Assembly: GCA_963555825.3 (NCBI GenBank)
Contig: CAUVXB020000001.1
Location: 2,336,001 to 2,400,000 of the forward strand
DNA from: Alphaproteobacteria bacterium
GTDB lineage: Bacteria; Pseudomonadota; Alphaproteobacteria; JAAXGF01
Length of the DNA: 64,000 bases
Direction of reading: 5' to 3'
Positions 1 through 9,176 of this stretch are shown in pieces. How positions within the stretch are numbered: the first letter of the stretch is position 1; each line of letters opens with the position of its first letter. Both the position numbers and the translations under genes were made by a program. The notes beneath the pieces were generated by a model. The model was not told the origin of the DNA, did not search any database, and saw only the letters and a program-made list of their open reading frames with translations.

Positions 1-870
1 TTCGAGCGTCGAGGCCGGCGCGCCGGCCAGAAACCGCTCGCCGCCATAACTACCGGGCGGCGTTCGGCGGCCGTGCCACGGCGCCTCGAAGCGCAGCAGG
101 CGCACGCCGCGCCGGCCCAGCGGCACGAGTTCGTCGTGACAGCCGCGCCACTGCTCGGCCTCGACGCCGAGGCCATGGCAGAAGATCAGCGTCGGCGGAT
201 CGGCGGCGCCATCGGGTTCGAAGACGCGCGCGTGAACGGTGTCGCCCATGACGTCCGACGGCGCGGCGAAGCGGAGCCAATATTCGTGGCCGCCATCGAC
301 CGGCACGCGCCGCGACTCATCGATCGCTGGCATGTCCGGGGCGGCGTAGGCCACACCGGGGTCGTCGAGCAGCGCGCCATAACGGGCCGCCATCGCCTCG
401 GGGTCGAGCACGTCGTAACGGACCGCGGGAACCGGGCAGCGTCTCAGCAGAAAGCCGAACATGGCGCGCGACGCCATGTAGCGATGGGCCGCCTCGCGGC
501 GCGCGCTGTCGGCCGCGGCGAGATCGTCGGACGCAGAACCGAACGCGGCGTCCTGCCAACGCCGGTCGGCCTCGAACGCGGCGGCGCGGTACCGCGCGAC
601 ATCGGCGAGCGGTTGGTGGAGGCGTTCGCCCAAGGCCGGCGTCAGGCCGGCGAGCGGCACCGCTTCGGCGAAACGCTCGACCGAGCCCTCGGCAATCCCG
701 GCGGCGGCCCACAGACGCGACAATGGGAAATAGCGCTTCGACAGGAAGCGCAGCGCGACGCGGTCGAACCAAGGCCGGGCGATCAGCCCGCCGAGCGGCG
801 AGCGCATCCAGCGTTGGTAATCGCCGATCACGGCCGGGCACGCCGACGCGGCGTGTCGCGATGGGCACAT
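1..870 (-). CDS. Alpha/beta-hydrolase-fold protein, 3' end runs off the window
   Basis: Manual translation from ATG at 870 stays open to base 1 (absent from the ORF track because it has no stop): ...PPTLIFCHGLG...LRFEAPWHGRR; start codon uncertain. Confidence 0.7.
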   Translation of the reverse strand, partial: MCPSRHAASACPAVIGDYQRWMRSPLGGLIARPWFDRVALRFLSKRYFPLSRLWAAAGIAEGSVERFAEAVPLAGLTPALGERLHQPLADVARYRAAAFEADRRWQDAAFGSASDDLAAADSARREAAHRYMASRAMFGFLLRRCPVPAVRYDVLDPEAMAARYGALLDDPGVAYAAPDMPAIDESRRVPVDGGHEYWLRFAAPSDVMGDTVHARVFEPDGAADPPTLIFCHGLGVEAEQWRGCHDELVPLGRRGVRLLRFEAPWHGRRTPPGSYGGERFLAGAPASTLE

Positions 871-1046
871 TGAGCACAATCCGATCGACCTTGATCGGTC
901 GGATTATGCCAGCCTGCGCCAATCTTATACCAACAAGAGGGGGGCCGCCGACCGTTCGGCCACCCTTGATCCCATAAGATTGGCATGCGCGGCGATTGAG
1001 CGCAGGTCAGCTTCACAAAGTGAAGATGACCGCACAAAGAATTTAG
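871..1046 (+). repeat. Structured intergenic repeat family A, copy 1
   Basis: Three hairpins; shares GGCCGCCGACCGTTCGGC and TGACCGCACAAA with other copies. Confidence 0.9.
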
Positions 1047-1375
1047 TCGAGGAAGAAGTTGGCGGTCTCGTCGGGCAGCGTGACGACCAGTCCGTCGTAG
1101 TCGTCGCACATGACGATCTGGCAACCGAGGCGTGACGTCTGGGTCAGGCCGAAAGCGAGGTCGAGCATATCCTCCTCGTCCTCGCTCGCCTCCGGCAGCT
1201 TGGCAAAGTCGGCGGCATCGACGATGACGTGGCAGGTCGCACAGGCCATCGAGCCCTCGCAGGCGCCCTCGATGCCGATGTCGTTGCGGTTCGCGATCTC
1301 GAGCAGCGACAGGCCGTTCGGCGCGTCGACCTCGCGACGCGTGCCAGCGGCAACGATGAACGTCATCCTCGGCAT
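1043..1375 (-). CDS. fdx: 2Fe-2S ferredoxin (adrenodoxin/ISC type)
   Basis: GACEGSMACATCH and TSRLGCQ motifs; start trimmed to MPRMTF. Confidence 0.93.
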   Translation of the reverse strand: MPRMTFIVAAGTRREVDAPNGLSLLEIANRNDIGIEGACEGSMACATCHVIVDAADFAKLPEASEDEEDMLDLAFGLTQTSRLGCQIVMCDDYDGLVVTLPDETANFFLD

Positions 1376-1431
1376 CAAGATGCTCCGTGGGGGAGCGGTG
1401 CGGACCGGTCGATGCGCCGCGGGCGGCGGCG

Positions 1432-1767
1432 TCAGACGCGGAACGATTCGCCGCAGCCGCAGCGGCCAATCTCGTTCGGGTTGTTGAAGACGAAACCCGA
1501 ATGGAGCTTCTCCTCGACGTAGTCCATCTCGGCGCCGACCAGGAAGACCGCCGCCTCGGCGTCGACCACGACGGTCACGCCCTTGTCGTCGATGACCTGA
1601 TCGCCGGCATTCGCTGCCTCGGCGAAATCGATCGTGTAGGCCATGCCCGAGCAGCCGGCGTTGCGCACGCCGACGCGGAGGCCGAACTTGCCCTCGCCCT
1701 GCTCGCTCATCAGATGCTTGATGCGCACGGCGGCGGCGTCGGTCACGGTGATGGTCGATGTCGTCAC
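1432..1767 (-). CDS. iscA: A-type Fe-S carrier (HesB/IscA)
   Basis: GCSG and CGCGESF motifs. Confidence 0.93.
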   Translation of the reverse strand: MTTSTITVTDAAAVRIKHLMSEQGEGKFGLRVGVRNAGCSGMAYTIDFAEAANAGDQVIDDKGVTVVVDAEAAVFLVGAEMDYVEEKLHSGFVFNNPNEIGRCGCGESFRV

Positions 1768-1906
1768 GTCGCAACTCCCGAATTAGCGGTGGTCAACACA
1801 CTATATAGCCGTTTTTGGCGCAGTTTGAAGAGATAACACCAATATTTCCGTGCGCTTACTTAGGGCGACCCGTCGCGCGAGTCCATCGTTCTTTGGGCGC
1901 TTCGCC

Positions 1907-3103
1907 TCACGCGCTCTCGCGCACCGCGCCGGCGCGCAAGGCGATGACGTGCTCGACGACCGCGTCGATCACGTGGTCGATTTCGGCCTCGGTCGTGAAG
2001 CGGCCGACGCCGAAGCGGATCGAGCCGTCGGCCCGCGCGTCGTCGAGACCGATTGCACGCAGCACGTAGGACGGCTCGACCGCGGCCGAGGTGCAGGCCG
2101 AGCCGGTCGAGACCGCGACATCAGGCATCGCCTCCATCAAAGCCTGGGCCTCGACGCCGGCGAAGCTGAGGTTCAGGTTGCCGGGGATGCGGCGGGCCAT
2201 GCCACCGTTCGTGTAGACGCCGTCGAGCCGCGCCGCAATGCCGTTCATCAGCCGGTCACGCAGCTCGCGCAGACGCCCGGCCTCGCCCGCCATCTCGTCG
2301 CCGGCGATGCGGCAGGCGACGCCCAGACCGACGCAGAGCGGCGTCGGCAGCGTGCCCGAGCGATTGCCCCGCTCCTGTCCGCCACCGTCGATCAACGGCA
2401 CCAGGCGCACCCGTGGCCGGCGGCGCACGTAGAGCGCGCCGATGCCCTTGGGCCCGTACATCTTGTGCCCCGATAGGCTCATCAGGTCGATGTTCATTGC
2501 GTTGACGTCGAGCGACATCTTGCCGACTGCCTGCGCGCAATCGCTGTGGAACAGGGCGCCCACGGGGCGGCAGATCGCGCCGACCTCGGCAAGCGGCTGG
2601 ATGACGCCGATCTCGTTGTTGACCGCCATGACCGAGACCGCGATGGTGCGCTCATCAACCAACGTGGCGAGCGTTGCGAGGTCGATCAAGCCGCCGTCGT
2701 CGATCGGCGCCCAGGCGACCTCGAAGCCCTCGCGCTCGAGGCGCTTGCAGGTTTCGATGACGCATTTGTGCTCGGTCGCCACGCTGACGATCTTGTTGCG
2801 TTTGCGCCTGTTGATGTCGCGCTGGAAATAGGCGGCGCCCTTGAGCGCCAGGTTGTTCGATTCGGTCGCGCCCGAGGTGAAGACGATCTCGCGCGGTTCG
2901 GCGCCGATCAACGCGGCGACCTCGGCGCGCGCCGCCTCGACCGCCGTGGCCGCCTCGGCGCCAAAGGCGTGACTCACCGAATGGGGGTTGCCGAACATCT
3001 CCGTGAAGTAGGGCAGCATGGCGTCGACGACGCGTACGTCGGCCGGCGTCGTCGCCTGATAGTCGAGATAGATCGGCAGTGAGAGGTGCGGGGCTTCAGA
3101 CAT
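1907..3103 (-). CDS. iscS: Cysteine desulfurase
   Basis: [28 protein letters not shown]. Confidence 0.93.
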   Translation of the reverse strand: MSEAPHLSLPIYLDYQATTPADVRVVDAMLPYFTEMFGNPHSVSHAFGAEAATAVEAARAEVAALIGAEPREIVFTSGATESNNLALKGAAYFQRDINRRKRNKIVSVATEHKCVIETCKRLEREGFEVAWAPIDDGGLIDLATLATLVDERTIAVSVMAVNNEIGVIQPLAEVGAICRPVGALFHSDCAQAVGKMSLDVNAMNIDLMSLSGHKMYGPKGIGALYVRRRPRVRLVPLIDGGGQERGNRSGTLPTPLCVGLGVACRIAGDEMAGEAGRLRELRDRLMNGIAARLDGVYTNGGMARRIPGNLNLSFAGVEAQALMEAMPDVAVSTGSACTSAAVEPSYVLRAIGLDDARADGSIRFGVGRFTTEAEIDHVIDAVVEHVIALRAGAVRESA

Positions 3104-3112
3104 CGATACGCC

Positions 3113-4231
3113 TCACGCCGCCGTCAGCGACGCGGTGTCGCGCCGCCGATCGTAGAGCGCGCGCCAGGCCTCGACCAGCCGCTCGACGTCGGCCGTCGTC
3201 GAGCGCCAGCCCAGGCTGACGCGGATGGCGTCGCCGGCATTCGCGCCGGCGCCCATGGCCTGAAGCACATGCGAGGCGGTAACCTTGCCCGACGAGCACG
3301 CCGATCCGGCGCTGACCGCGACGCCGGCGAGGTCGAGCGCCATGACCTGGGTCTCGCCCGCCGTGCCCGGCAGCGCGATGCATGTCGTGTTGCACAGCCT
3401 GGGCACGGCGTCGCCGAACACGACGGCCTCGGGCGCGATGGCCCGGATACACCGCTCCACATCGTCGCGCAGCGCGGCAATGCGGCCGACGTCAGCGAGG
3501 TCGTCCCCCGCCAGCTCGACGGCAACGCCAAAGCCTACGATGCCGGCGGCGTTCTCGGTGCCCGCGCGGCGACCCATCTCCTGGCGGCCGCCATGAAGCG
3601 ACGGTCCGAGCGCGACGCCGTCGCCGACGATCAGCGCGCCGACGCCTTGGGGCCCGCCCAGCTTGTGCGCGGACAAGGTCATCATATCGGCGCCCAGCGC
3701 GGTGAAATCGACCCCGATACGGCCGGGCGCCTGCACCGCGTCGCAGTGCAACAGCGCGCCATGGGCATGCGCGAGCGCCGCGGCCTCGGCGACCGGCTGG
3801 ATGACGCCGGTCTCGTTGTTGGCCGCCATCACCGAGACCAGCGCCGGCCGGTCGTCGGCGGCGAGCGCCGCCTCGAGCGCGGCGAGATCGACCACGCCAT
3901 CGGTGTCGACCGGAACCAGGGCCGCGTCGGGCGCCGCGCGCAGCACCGAATCATGCTCGATCGCCGAGACGATCAGGCGCGCCCGGCCGCTGCCGACAAG
4001 CGCCAGGTTGTTGGCCTCGGTGCCGCCCGATGTGAACACGACCTGGTCCGGCGGCGCGCCCACCAGCGTGGCGACGCGCTCGCGTGCGTCGTCGATCGCG
4101 CGGCGCGCCAGCCGGCCGAAGCGATGCACCGACGAGGCGTTGCCAGCGAGGTCATGGGCCCCCGCCACGGCCGCCGCGACGGCGGGCTTGACCGGGACGC
4201 TGGCGTTATAGTCGAGGTAGCACGGCGTCAC
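3113..4231 (-). CDS. Second cysteine desulfurase (NifS/IscS family)
   Basis: YLDYNAS, SAHKLGGP, SAGSACSSG; GTG start overlaps the iscR stop (GTGA). Confidence 0.9.
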   Translation of the reverse strand: MTPCYLDYNASVPVKPAVAAAVAGAHDLAGNASSVHRFGRLARRAIDDARERVATLVGAPPDQVVFTSGGTEANNLALVGSGRARLIVSAIEHDSVLRAAPDAALVPVDTDGVVDLAALEAALAADDRPALVSVMAANNETGVIQPVAEAAALAHAHGALLHCDAVQAPGRIGVDFTALGADMMTLSAHKLGGPQGVGALIVGDGVALGPSLHGGRQEMGRRAGTENAAGIVGFGVAVELAGDDLADVGRIAALRDDVERCIRAIAPEAVVFGDAVPRLCNTTCIALPGTAGETQVMALDLAGVAVSAGSACSSGKVTASHVLQAMGAGANAGDAIRVSLGWRSTTADVERLVEAWRALYDRRRDTASLTAA

Positions 4232-4710
4232 CTGATGACCCGCAGATCGGCGGTCTCGCGCGCCGCCTCGCCGTGACGGATCAGGCCGCTGGTGCCGAGC
4301 ACCCGGCCGCTGCGGACCTCTTCGAGCGAGACCGAGCTCAAATACAGATAAATCTGGTTGCCGAGCTCTTCCCACAGGTCGTGGGTCAGGCAGCGGCTCT
4401 TGTTGCCGCGGCAGCCTGTCGGCGAGCCAGGCTGACAGCGCGTCGCCCGGATCGGTTCGTCGACCGCGAGGATGATGTCGGAGATCCGGATGTCCGTGGC
4501 ATCACGTGCCAGTTTGTAGCCGCCGCCGGGGCCACGCACGCTGTTCACCAGATGGCCGCGTCTCAACTTGCCGAAAAGCTGCTCCAGGTAGGACAGCGAA
4601 ATTTCCTGGCGCTGTGCGATGGCGGCCAGCGGGATCGGCTGACCACGGCTCTTGTTGGCCAGATCGGCCATCGCCATCACGGCGTAGCGTCCCCGTGTGC
4701 TTAGTTTCAC
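4228..4710 (-). CDS. iscR: Rrf2-family Fe-S regulator
   Basis: MKLSTRGRYAV, RGPGGGY, three Cys plus THDLW. Confidence 0.9.
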   Translation of the reverse strand: MKLSTRGRYAVMAMADLANKSRGQPIPLAAIAQRQEISLSYLEQLFGKLRRGHLVNSVRGPGGGYKLARDATDIRISDIILAVDEPIRATRCQPGSPTGCRGNKSRCLTHDLWEELGNQIYLYLSSVSLEEVRSGRVLGTSGLIRHGEAARETADLRVIR

Positions 4711-4725
4711 TTGTCGTCTCCCTGT

Positions 4726-5475
4726 TCAGGACGCCGTTGGCTTGTCGGCGTTCTCGTCTTCGTCGTCGTAGCGGCCTGGCGTCACACGCGCGAGCCGGTC
4801 GAGTTCGCGCTCGAGTTCCTGGACCCGCGCCGACAGCGTGCCGACGTGTTCGAGCAGCCCATCGATGGCGCGGCTGACCGGATCGGGCAGGTCGGGCGAT
4901 GGCGTGCCGTAGGCGTCGAACTTCTGGGGCCGCGCCTTGTCGCGCGGGCCGACCGGCCGCGCCGGGATACCGACCACCGTGGCGCCCTCGGGCACCTCTT
5001 TGAGGACCACCGAGTTGGCGCCGACGCGGGCGTTGCGGCCGACCGTGATGGGGCCCAGCACCTGGGCGCCCGAGCCGACGATGACACCGTCGTCGAGCGT
5101 CGGATGGCGCTTCTGGTTGACCTGCGACGCCGCATCGACCGATGGCGCGATGCCGCCCAACGTGACGTCGTGGTAGAGCGTCACGTCGTCGCCGATTTCC
5201 GCCGTCTCGCCGATCACGACGCCCATGCCGTGGTCGATGAAGAACCGATAGCCGATCTTCACGCCGGGGTGAATCTCGATGCCCGTCAGGAAGCGCCCGA
5301 GATGCGAGATGAAGCGCCCCAGAAGCTTGAGGTGGCTGTTCCACGCCCAATGCGCCACGCGGTAGAACTGGATCGCGTGAAAACTCGGGTAGCACAGAAT
5401 GACCTCCAGGCGCGTGCGCACCGCCGGGTCGCGCTCGAAGACGACATCTATATCTTCGCGAAGTCTCTTGAACAT
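4726..5475 (-). CDS. cysE: Serine O-acetyltransferase
   Basis: [29 protein letters not shown]. Confidence 0.95.
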   Translation of the reverse strand: MFKRLREDIDVVFERDPAVRTRLEVILCYPSFHAIQFYRVAHWAWNSHLKLLGRFISHLGRFLTGIEIHPGVKIGYRFFIDHGMGVVIGETAEIGDDVTLYHDVTLGGIAPSVDAASQVNQKRHPTLDDGVIVGSGAQVLGPITVGRNARVGANSVVLKEVPEGATVVGIPARPVGPRDKARPQKFDAYGTPSPDLPDPVSRAIDGLLEHVGTLSARVQELERELDRLARVTPGRYDDEDENADKPTAS

Positions 5476-5545
5476 TACCGTTCCCGCCGACTAATATACC
5501 GTCTGGCCTGATCGACGATGTCGAACAGGCCACAAAACCGTCACA

Positions 5546-5590
5546 GTCAACTCAATCGGTCATATATATTTCCCGACTCACCCGGTCAAG
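5546..5590 (-). promoter_or_regulatory. Two tandem IscR/Rrf2-like boxes upstream of cysE-iscR
   Basis: Minus strand CTTGAC-N7-GTCGG and ATGAC-N7-GTTGA resemble the TGAC-N7-GTCA box. Confidence 0.5.
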
Positions 5591-5708
5591 TTTAGGCCCT
5601 GCGTTTTTACCGATGCCGGGTGAATGTCCCTACTCGTGGGTCGGGTATATTTGCCGATGTGTTGGCCGACCGCCAGCTTTGAATTCATGACATATGGAAT
5701 AGGTGACG

Positions 5709-6362
5709 ATGCCTGAGGTGTTCGTCAACGGCCCCGAAGGCCGGCTCGAAGGGCGCTATAAGCACGGTGACCGGCCCGACGCGCCGGTCGCCCTCGTGCT
5801 CCATCCGCACCCGCAGTACGGCGGGACGATGAACAACAAGGTGGCCTACACGCTGTATCAGTCGTTTAGCCAGTTGGGATTCTCGGTGCTGCGCATCAAT
5901 TTTCGCGGCGTCGGTCGCAGCCAGGGCGAATTCGACAACGGCCCCGGCGAGCTGAGTGACGCCGCCTCGGCGCTCGACTGGCTGCAGGGCTTCAACCCGA
6001 ACGCGTCGAGCTGCTGGATCGGCGGCTTCTCGTTCGGCGCCTGGATCGCCATGCAGGTCTTGATGCGCCGGCCCGAGATCGCCGGCTTCATCGCCGTGTC
6101 GCCGCCCGCCAATATGTACGAATTCACCTTCCTGGCGCCCTGCCCGTCGTCCGGGCTGATCCTTCATGGCAGCGCCGACGAGTTGGTGCCCGAGCCGGTC
6201 GTCGCTACGCTGGCGGAAAAACTGTCGCTGCAGAAGAACATCACGATCGACTACGACATCGTCGATGGCGCCGACCATTTCTTCCAGAACCACATCGAGA
6301 CGTTTACCGAGCGGGTTGACCGCTATCTCGCGCGCCGTCTCAAGGCCGCCGCCAGTAGCTAG
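5709..6362 (+). CDS. Conserved alpha/beta hydrolase
   Basis: HPHPQYGGTMNNK, GFSFG nucleophile elbow, GADHFF. Confidence 0.9.
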   Translation: MPEVFVNGPEGRLEGRYKHGDRPDAPVALVLHPHPQYGGTMNNKVAYTLYQSFSQLGFSVLRINFRGVGRSQGEFDNGPGELSDAASALDWLQGFNPNASSCWIGGFSFGAWIAMQVLMRRPEIAGFIAVSPPANMYEFTFLAPCPSSGLILHGSADELVPEPVVATLAEKLSLQKNITIDYDIVDGADHFFQNHIETFTERVDRYLARRLKAAASS

Positions 6363-6375
6363 TGGATAGATTCGA

Positions 6376-7473
6376 CTAGTGGCGGTGCAACGCGCCACCG
6401 GTTAGCGGCCGCGGCGCGCCGGTCGTGCCCGGCACGGTTAGCGCGAGGCCGTCGAGCGCGCGCACGGCGAGATAGGCGAAGGCCTGCGCCTCGAGCGCGT
6501 CGCCGTCCCATCCGACCGCCTCGACCGGCTCGACCGGCACGCCGAGCGCCGCCACAAGCTCGGCCATCAGAACTGGGTTGTGGCGCCCGCCGCCACCGAC
6601 CAGCCAGCGTCGCGGCGCTTCGGCGAGGTGGTCGCGCGCCCTGACCACCGCGCCGACGGTGAACGCCGTAAGTGTCGCCGCGCCATCGGACGCCGAGAGA
6701 CCATCGAGCGCCGCGACGGCGCCCGCGAAGTCGTCGCGGTCGAGCGATTTGGGCGGCGGCCGATCGAAATATGGGTTGTCGAGCAGGCCCGCCAGAATGT
6801 CGTCGTGCACCGTACCCACGCGCGCCAGTGCCCCGTCGGCGTCGAACCGCCCGCCGCCGTGCCGCGCCACCCAGTCGTCGACCAAGGCGTTGCCGGGGCC
6901 GGTATCGAAAGCGCAGATCGCGTCGTCTTCGCCCAGCCCATCTTCGCCCAACCAGGTCACGTTGCCGACGCCGCCGAGGTTGAGCACGGCGAGCGGCCGA
7001 TCGAGCGGCGACGCCAGCGCCGCATGGTAAAGCGGCGCCAGTGGCGCGCCCTGTCCACCGGCCGCCACGTCGTGGCTGCGTAAATCGCAGATCACGTCGA
7101 TCCCGGTACGCTCGGCGAGCAACGCGCCATCGCCGATCTGCCACGTGATCGCCTCGTCCGGGCGATGGACGATGGTGTGACCGTGAAAGCCGATGACATC
7201 GACCTCCTCGGCCGCCACGCCGGCCTCGGCGAGCAGCGCCGCGACCGCCTCGGCATGCGCCACGGTGACGTCGCGCTGGACGGCCATGACATCGCCCCGG
7301 CCGCCCAGACTGGCGCGCAGGCGGTCGCGCAGGCCGGCGTCGTAGGCGCGGGTCGCGCTCGCGCCGGGATGCGCCGTGGCGCGCCCGTCGGTGCGCAACA
7401 GCGCGGCGTCGATGCCGTCGAGCGAGGTGCCGCTCATCAGGCCAAGCGCGAGTCGTTCGTTTCCTGCGCTCAT
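6376..7473 (-). CDS. anmK: Anhydro-N-acetylmuramic acid kinase
   Basis: GLMSGTSLDGID, GFHGHT, GGQGAPL, FDTGPGN. Confidence 0.95.
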   Translation of the reverse strand: MSAGNERLALGLMSGTSLDGIDAALLRTDGRATAHPGASATRAYDAGLRDRLRASLGGRGDVMAVQRDVTVAHAEAVAALLAEAGVAAEEVDVIGFHGHTIVHRPDEAITWQIGDGALLAERTGIDVICDLRSHDVAAGGQGAPLAPLYHAALASPLDRPLAVLNLGGVGNVTWLGEDGLGEDDAICAFDTGPGNALVDDWVARHGGGRFDADGALARVGTVHDDILAGLLDNPYFDRPPPKSLDRDDFAGAVAALDGLSASDGAATLTAFTVGAVVRARDHLAEAPRRWLVGGGGRHNPVLMAELVAALGVPVEPVEAVGWDGDALEAQAFAYLAVRALDGLALTVPGTTGAPRPLTGGALHRH

Positions 7474-7603
7474 GTCAGCCTTCTGTGCCGTGGTGCGATC
7501 GAGGCGGGCGGCGTTGTCGGGCGCCGGCGAGTGTGATACATGAGCGGCGCCCGCATGGCCGAGGCCATCATAGCCGAAGCCGCCAACCAATGACCAACCG
7601 GCG

Positions 7604-8860
7604 ATGACCGAAATTCGATCCGACTTTCTGCGCGAGATCACGACGCGTGGTTACTTGCACCAGTGCACCGACATCGAGGCGCTCGATGCCCTGGCAGCCG
7701 GGCCGACGCCCGTCGTCGCCTACGTCGGCTATGACTGCACGGCGCAAAGCCTGCATGTCGGCAACCTGGTCTCGGTTATGATGCTGCGCCTGTTTCAGCG
7801 CACCGGCCACAAGCCGATCGTGCTGCTGGGCGGCGGCACGACGCGGGTCGGCGACCCGTCGGGCAAGGACGAAATGCGCCAAATGCTGGACGACGACGCG
7901 ATCGCGCACAACATGGCCAGCATCGAGGCGGTTTTCCGCAAATACCTCGATTTCGGCGACGGCCCGACCGACGCCATCATGGTCAACAACGCCGACTGGC
8001 TCGACGAACTGAACTATATCGGCTTCATGCGCGACTACGGCCATCACTTCTCGGTCAACCGCATGCTGAGATTCGATTCGGTCAAGCTGCGTCTCGACCG
8101 CGAGCAGCCGCTGACCTTCATCGAGTTCAACTACATGGTGCTGCAGGCCTACGATTTCGTCGAACTCGCCAGGCGCCACGGCTGCGCACTGCAGATGGGC
8201 GGCTCGGACCAGTGGGGCAACATCGTCAACGGCGTTGAGCTCGGCCGCCGCGTCGACGGCACCGCGCTTCATGGCCTGACAACGCCGCTCATCACGACCG
8301 CGTCGGGTGCCAAGATGGGCAAGACCGCGCAGGGTGCGGTTTGGCTTAACGCCGACATGCTGTCGCCCTACGACTACTGGCAGTTCTGGCGCAACACCGA
8401 CGACGACGACGTCGGCCGCTTCATGCGCCTGTTCACCGAGCTGCCCGCGGACGAGATCGACGGCTTCGAAGCGCTCGGGGGTGCCGAGGTAAACGACGCT
8501 AAGCAGCGCCTCGCGGAGGCGGCGACGACCCTGTGCCATGGCGCCGAAGCCGCCAAGGCGGCGGCGCAAACGGCGCAGAAGACGTTCGGCGAGGGCGCCT
8601 ATGGCGGCGCGTTGCCGGTGGTCGACGTGCCGCGCGTCGAGCTCGAGGACGGTATCGCCGCCTTCGAGCTGTTCCGCAGATCCGAGCTCTGCGCGACCGG
8701 GGGGGAGGCGCGTCGCCTGATCAAGGGCGGCGGCGCGCGTGTCAACGACGCGCCGATTGCGTCGGAGACCACGTCGGTGACGCTGAGCGACGTCAACGCC
8801 GAGGGGATCATCAAGCTGTCGGCCGGCAAGAAGCGCCACGCGTTGGTGCGCGCCGTCTAA
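7604..8860 (+). CDS. tyrS: Tyrosine--tRNA ligase
   Basis: HVGN (HIGH), [16 protein letters not shown]-terminal S4 domain. Confidence 0.97.
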   Translation: MTEIRSDFLREITTRGYLHQCTDIEALDALAAGPTPVVAYVGYDCTAQSLHVGNLVSVMMLRLFQRTGHKPIVLLGGGTTRVGDPSGKDEMRQMLDDDAIAHNMASIEAVFRKYLDFGDGPTDAIMVNNADWLDELNYIGFMRDYGHHFSVNRMLRFDSVKLRLDREQPLTFIEFNYMVLQAYDFVELARRHGCALQMGGSDQWGNIVNGVELGRRVDGTALHGLTTPLITTASGAKMGKTAQGAVWLNADMLSPYDYWQFWRNTDDDDVGRFMRLFTELPADEIDGFEALGGAEVNDAKQRLAEAATTLCHGAEAAKAAAQTAQKTFGEGAYGGALPVVDVPRVELEDGIAAFELFRRSELCATGGEARRLIKGGGARVNDAPIASETTSVTLSDVNAEGIIKLSAGKKRHALVRAV

Positions 8861-8867
8861 TACCGAA

Positions 8868-9147
8868 TACCAAGGATCAATGATAAAGACCCATAGAGAT
8901 CGCGTCCGCTTTTCGCCGGGTAGGCAAGGATGCCGCGGGCGATGCAGCGCATCGGCTAGGCAATCTGGCGCCCTCCGGCGATAAGCGGACGCGACCCGAA
9001 GGGCGGCTTGCCGAGGCTCTCGCCCGCTATCAGATTGGCGGACGTCGTTGCGCCCGCCTTGCGATGCGCTGCATCGCCGCGACGGGCGCGCCTAGCCGAG
9101 AACCACGGCAAGCCGTCTCTAGGGGCCTTTATCACTGATCCTTGGTA
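8868..9147. mobile_element. MITE-like element B, 280 bp, TA-bounded
   Basis: TIRs TACCAAGGATCAATGATAAAGACCCATAGAGA / TCTCTAGGGGCCTTTATCACTGATCCTTGGTA; several internal inverted repeats; no credible ORF. Confidence 0.85.
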
Positions 9148-9176
9148 TATACCAAGGATCAGGCGCGCGCGCCGCG

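Noticed and set aside
73-873. 266-aa + strand ORF
   Set aside because: Antisense shadow of the minus-strand hydrolase, which has recognisable motifs
1376-1774. N-terminal extension of the ferredoxin ORF
   Set aside because: Out-of-frame overlap with iscA; Arg-rich nonsense sequence
1790-1835. Possible RpoH-like promoter before iscA (CTTCAA...GCTATATA, minus strand)
   Set aside because: Match too weak to support by eye
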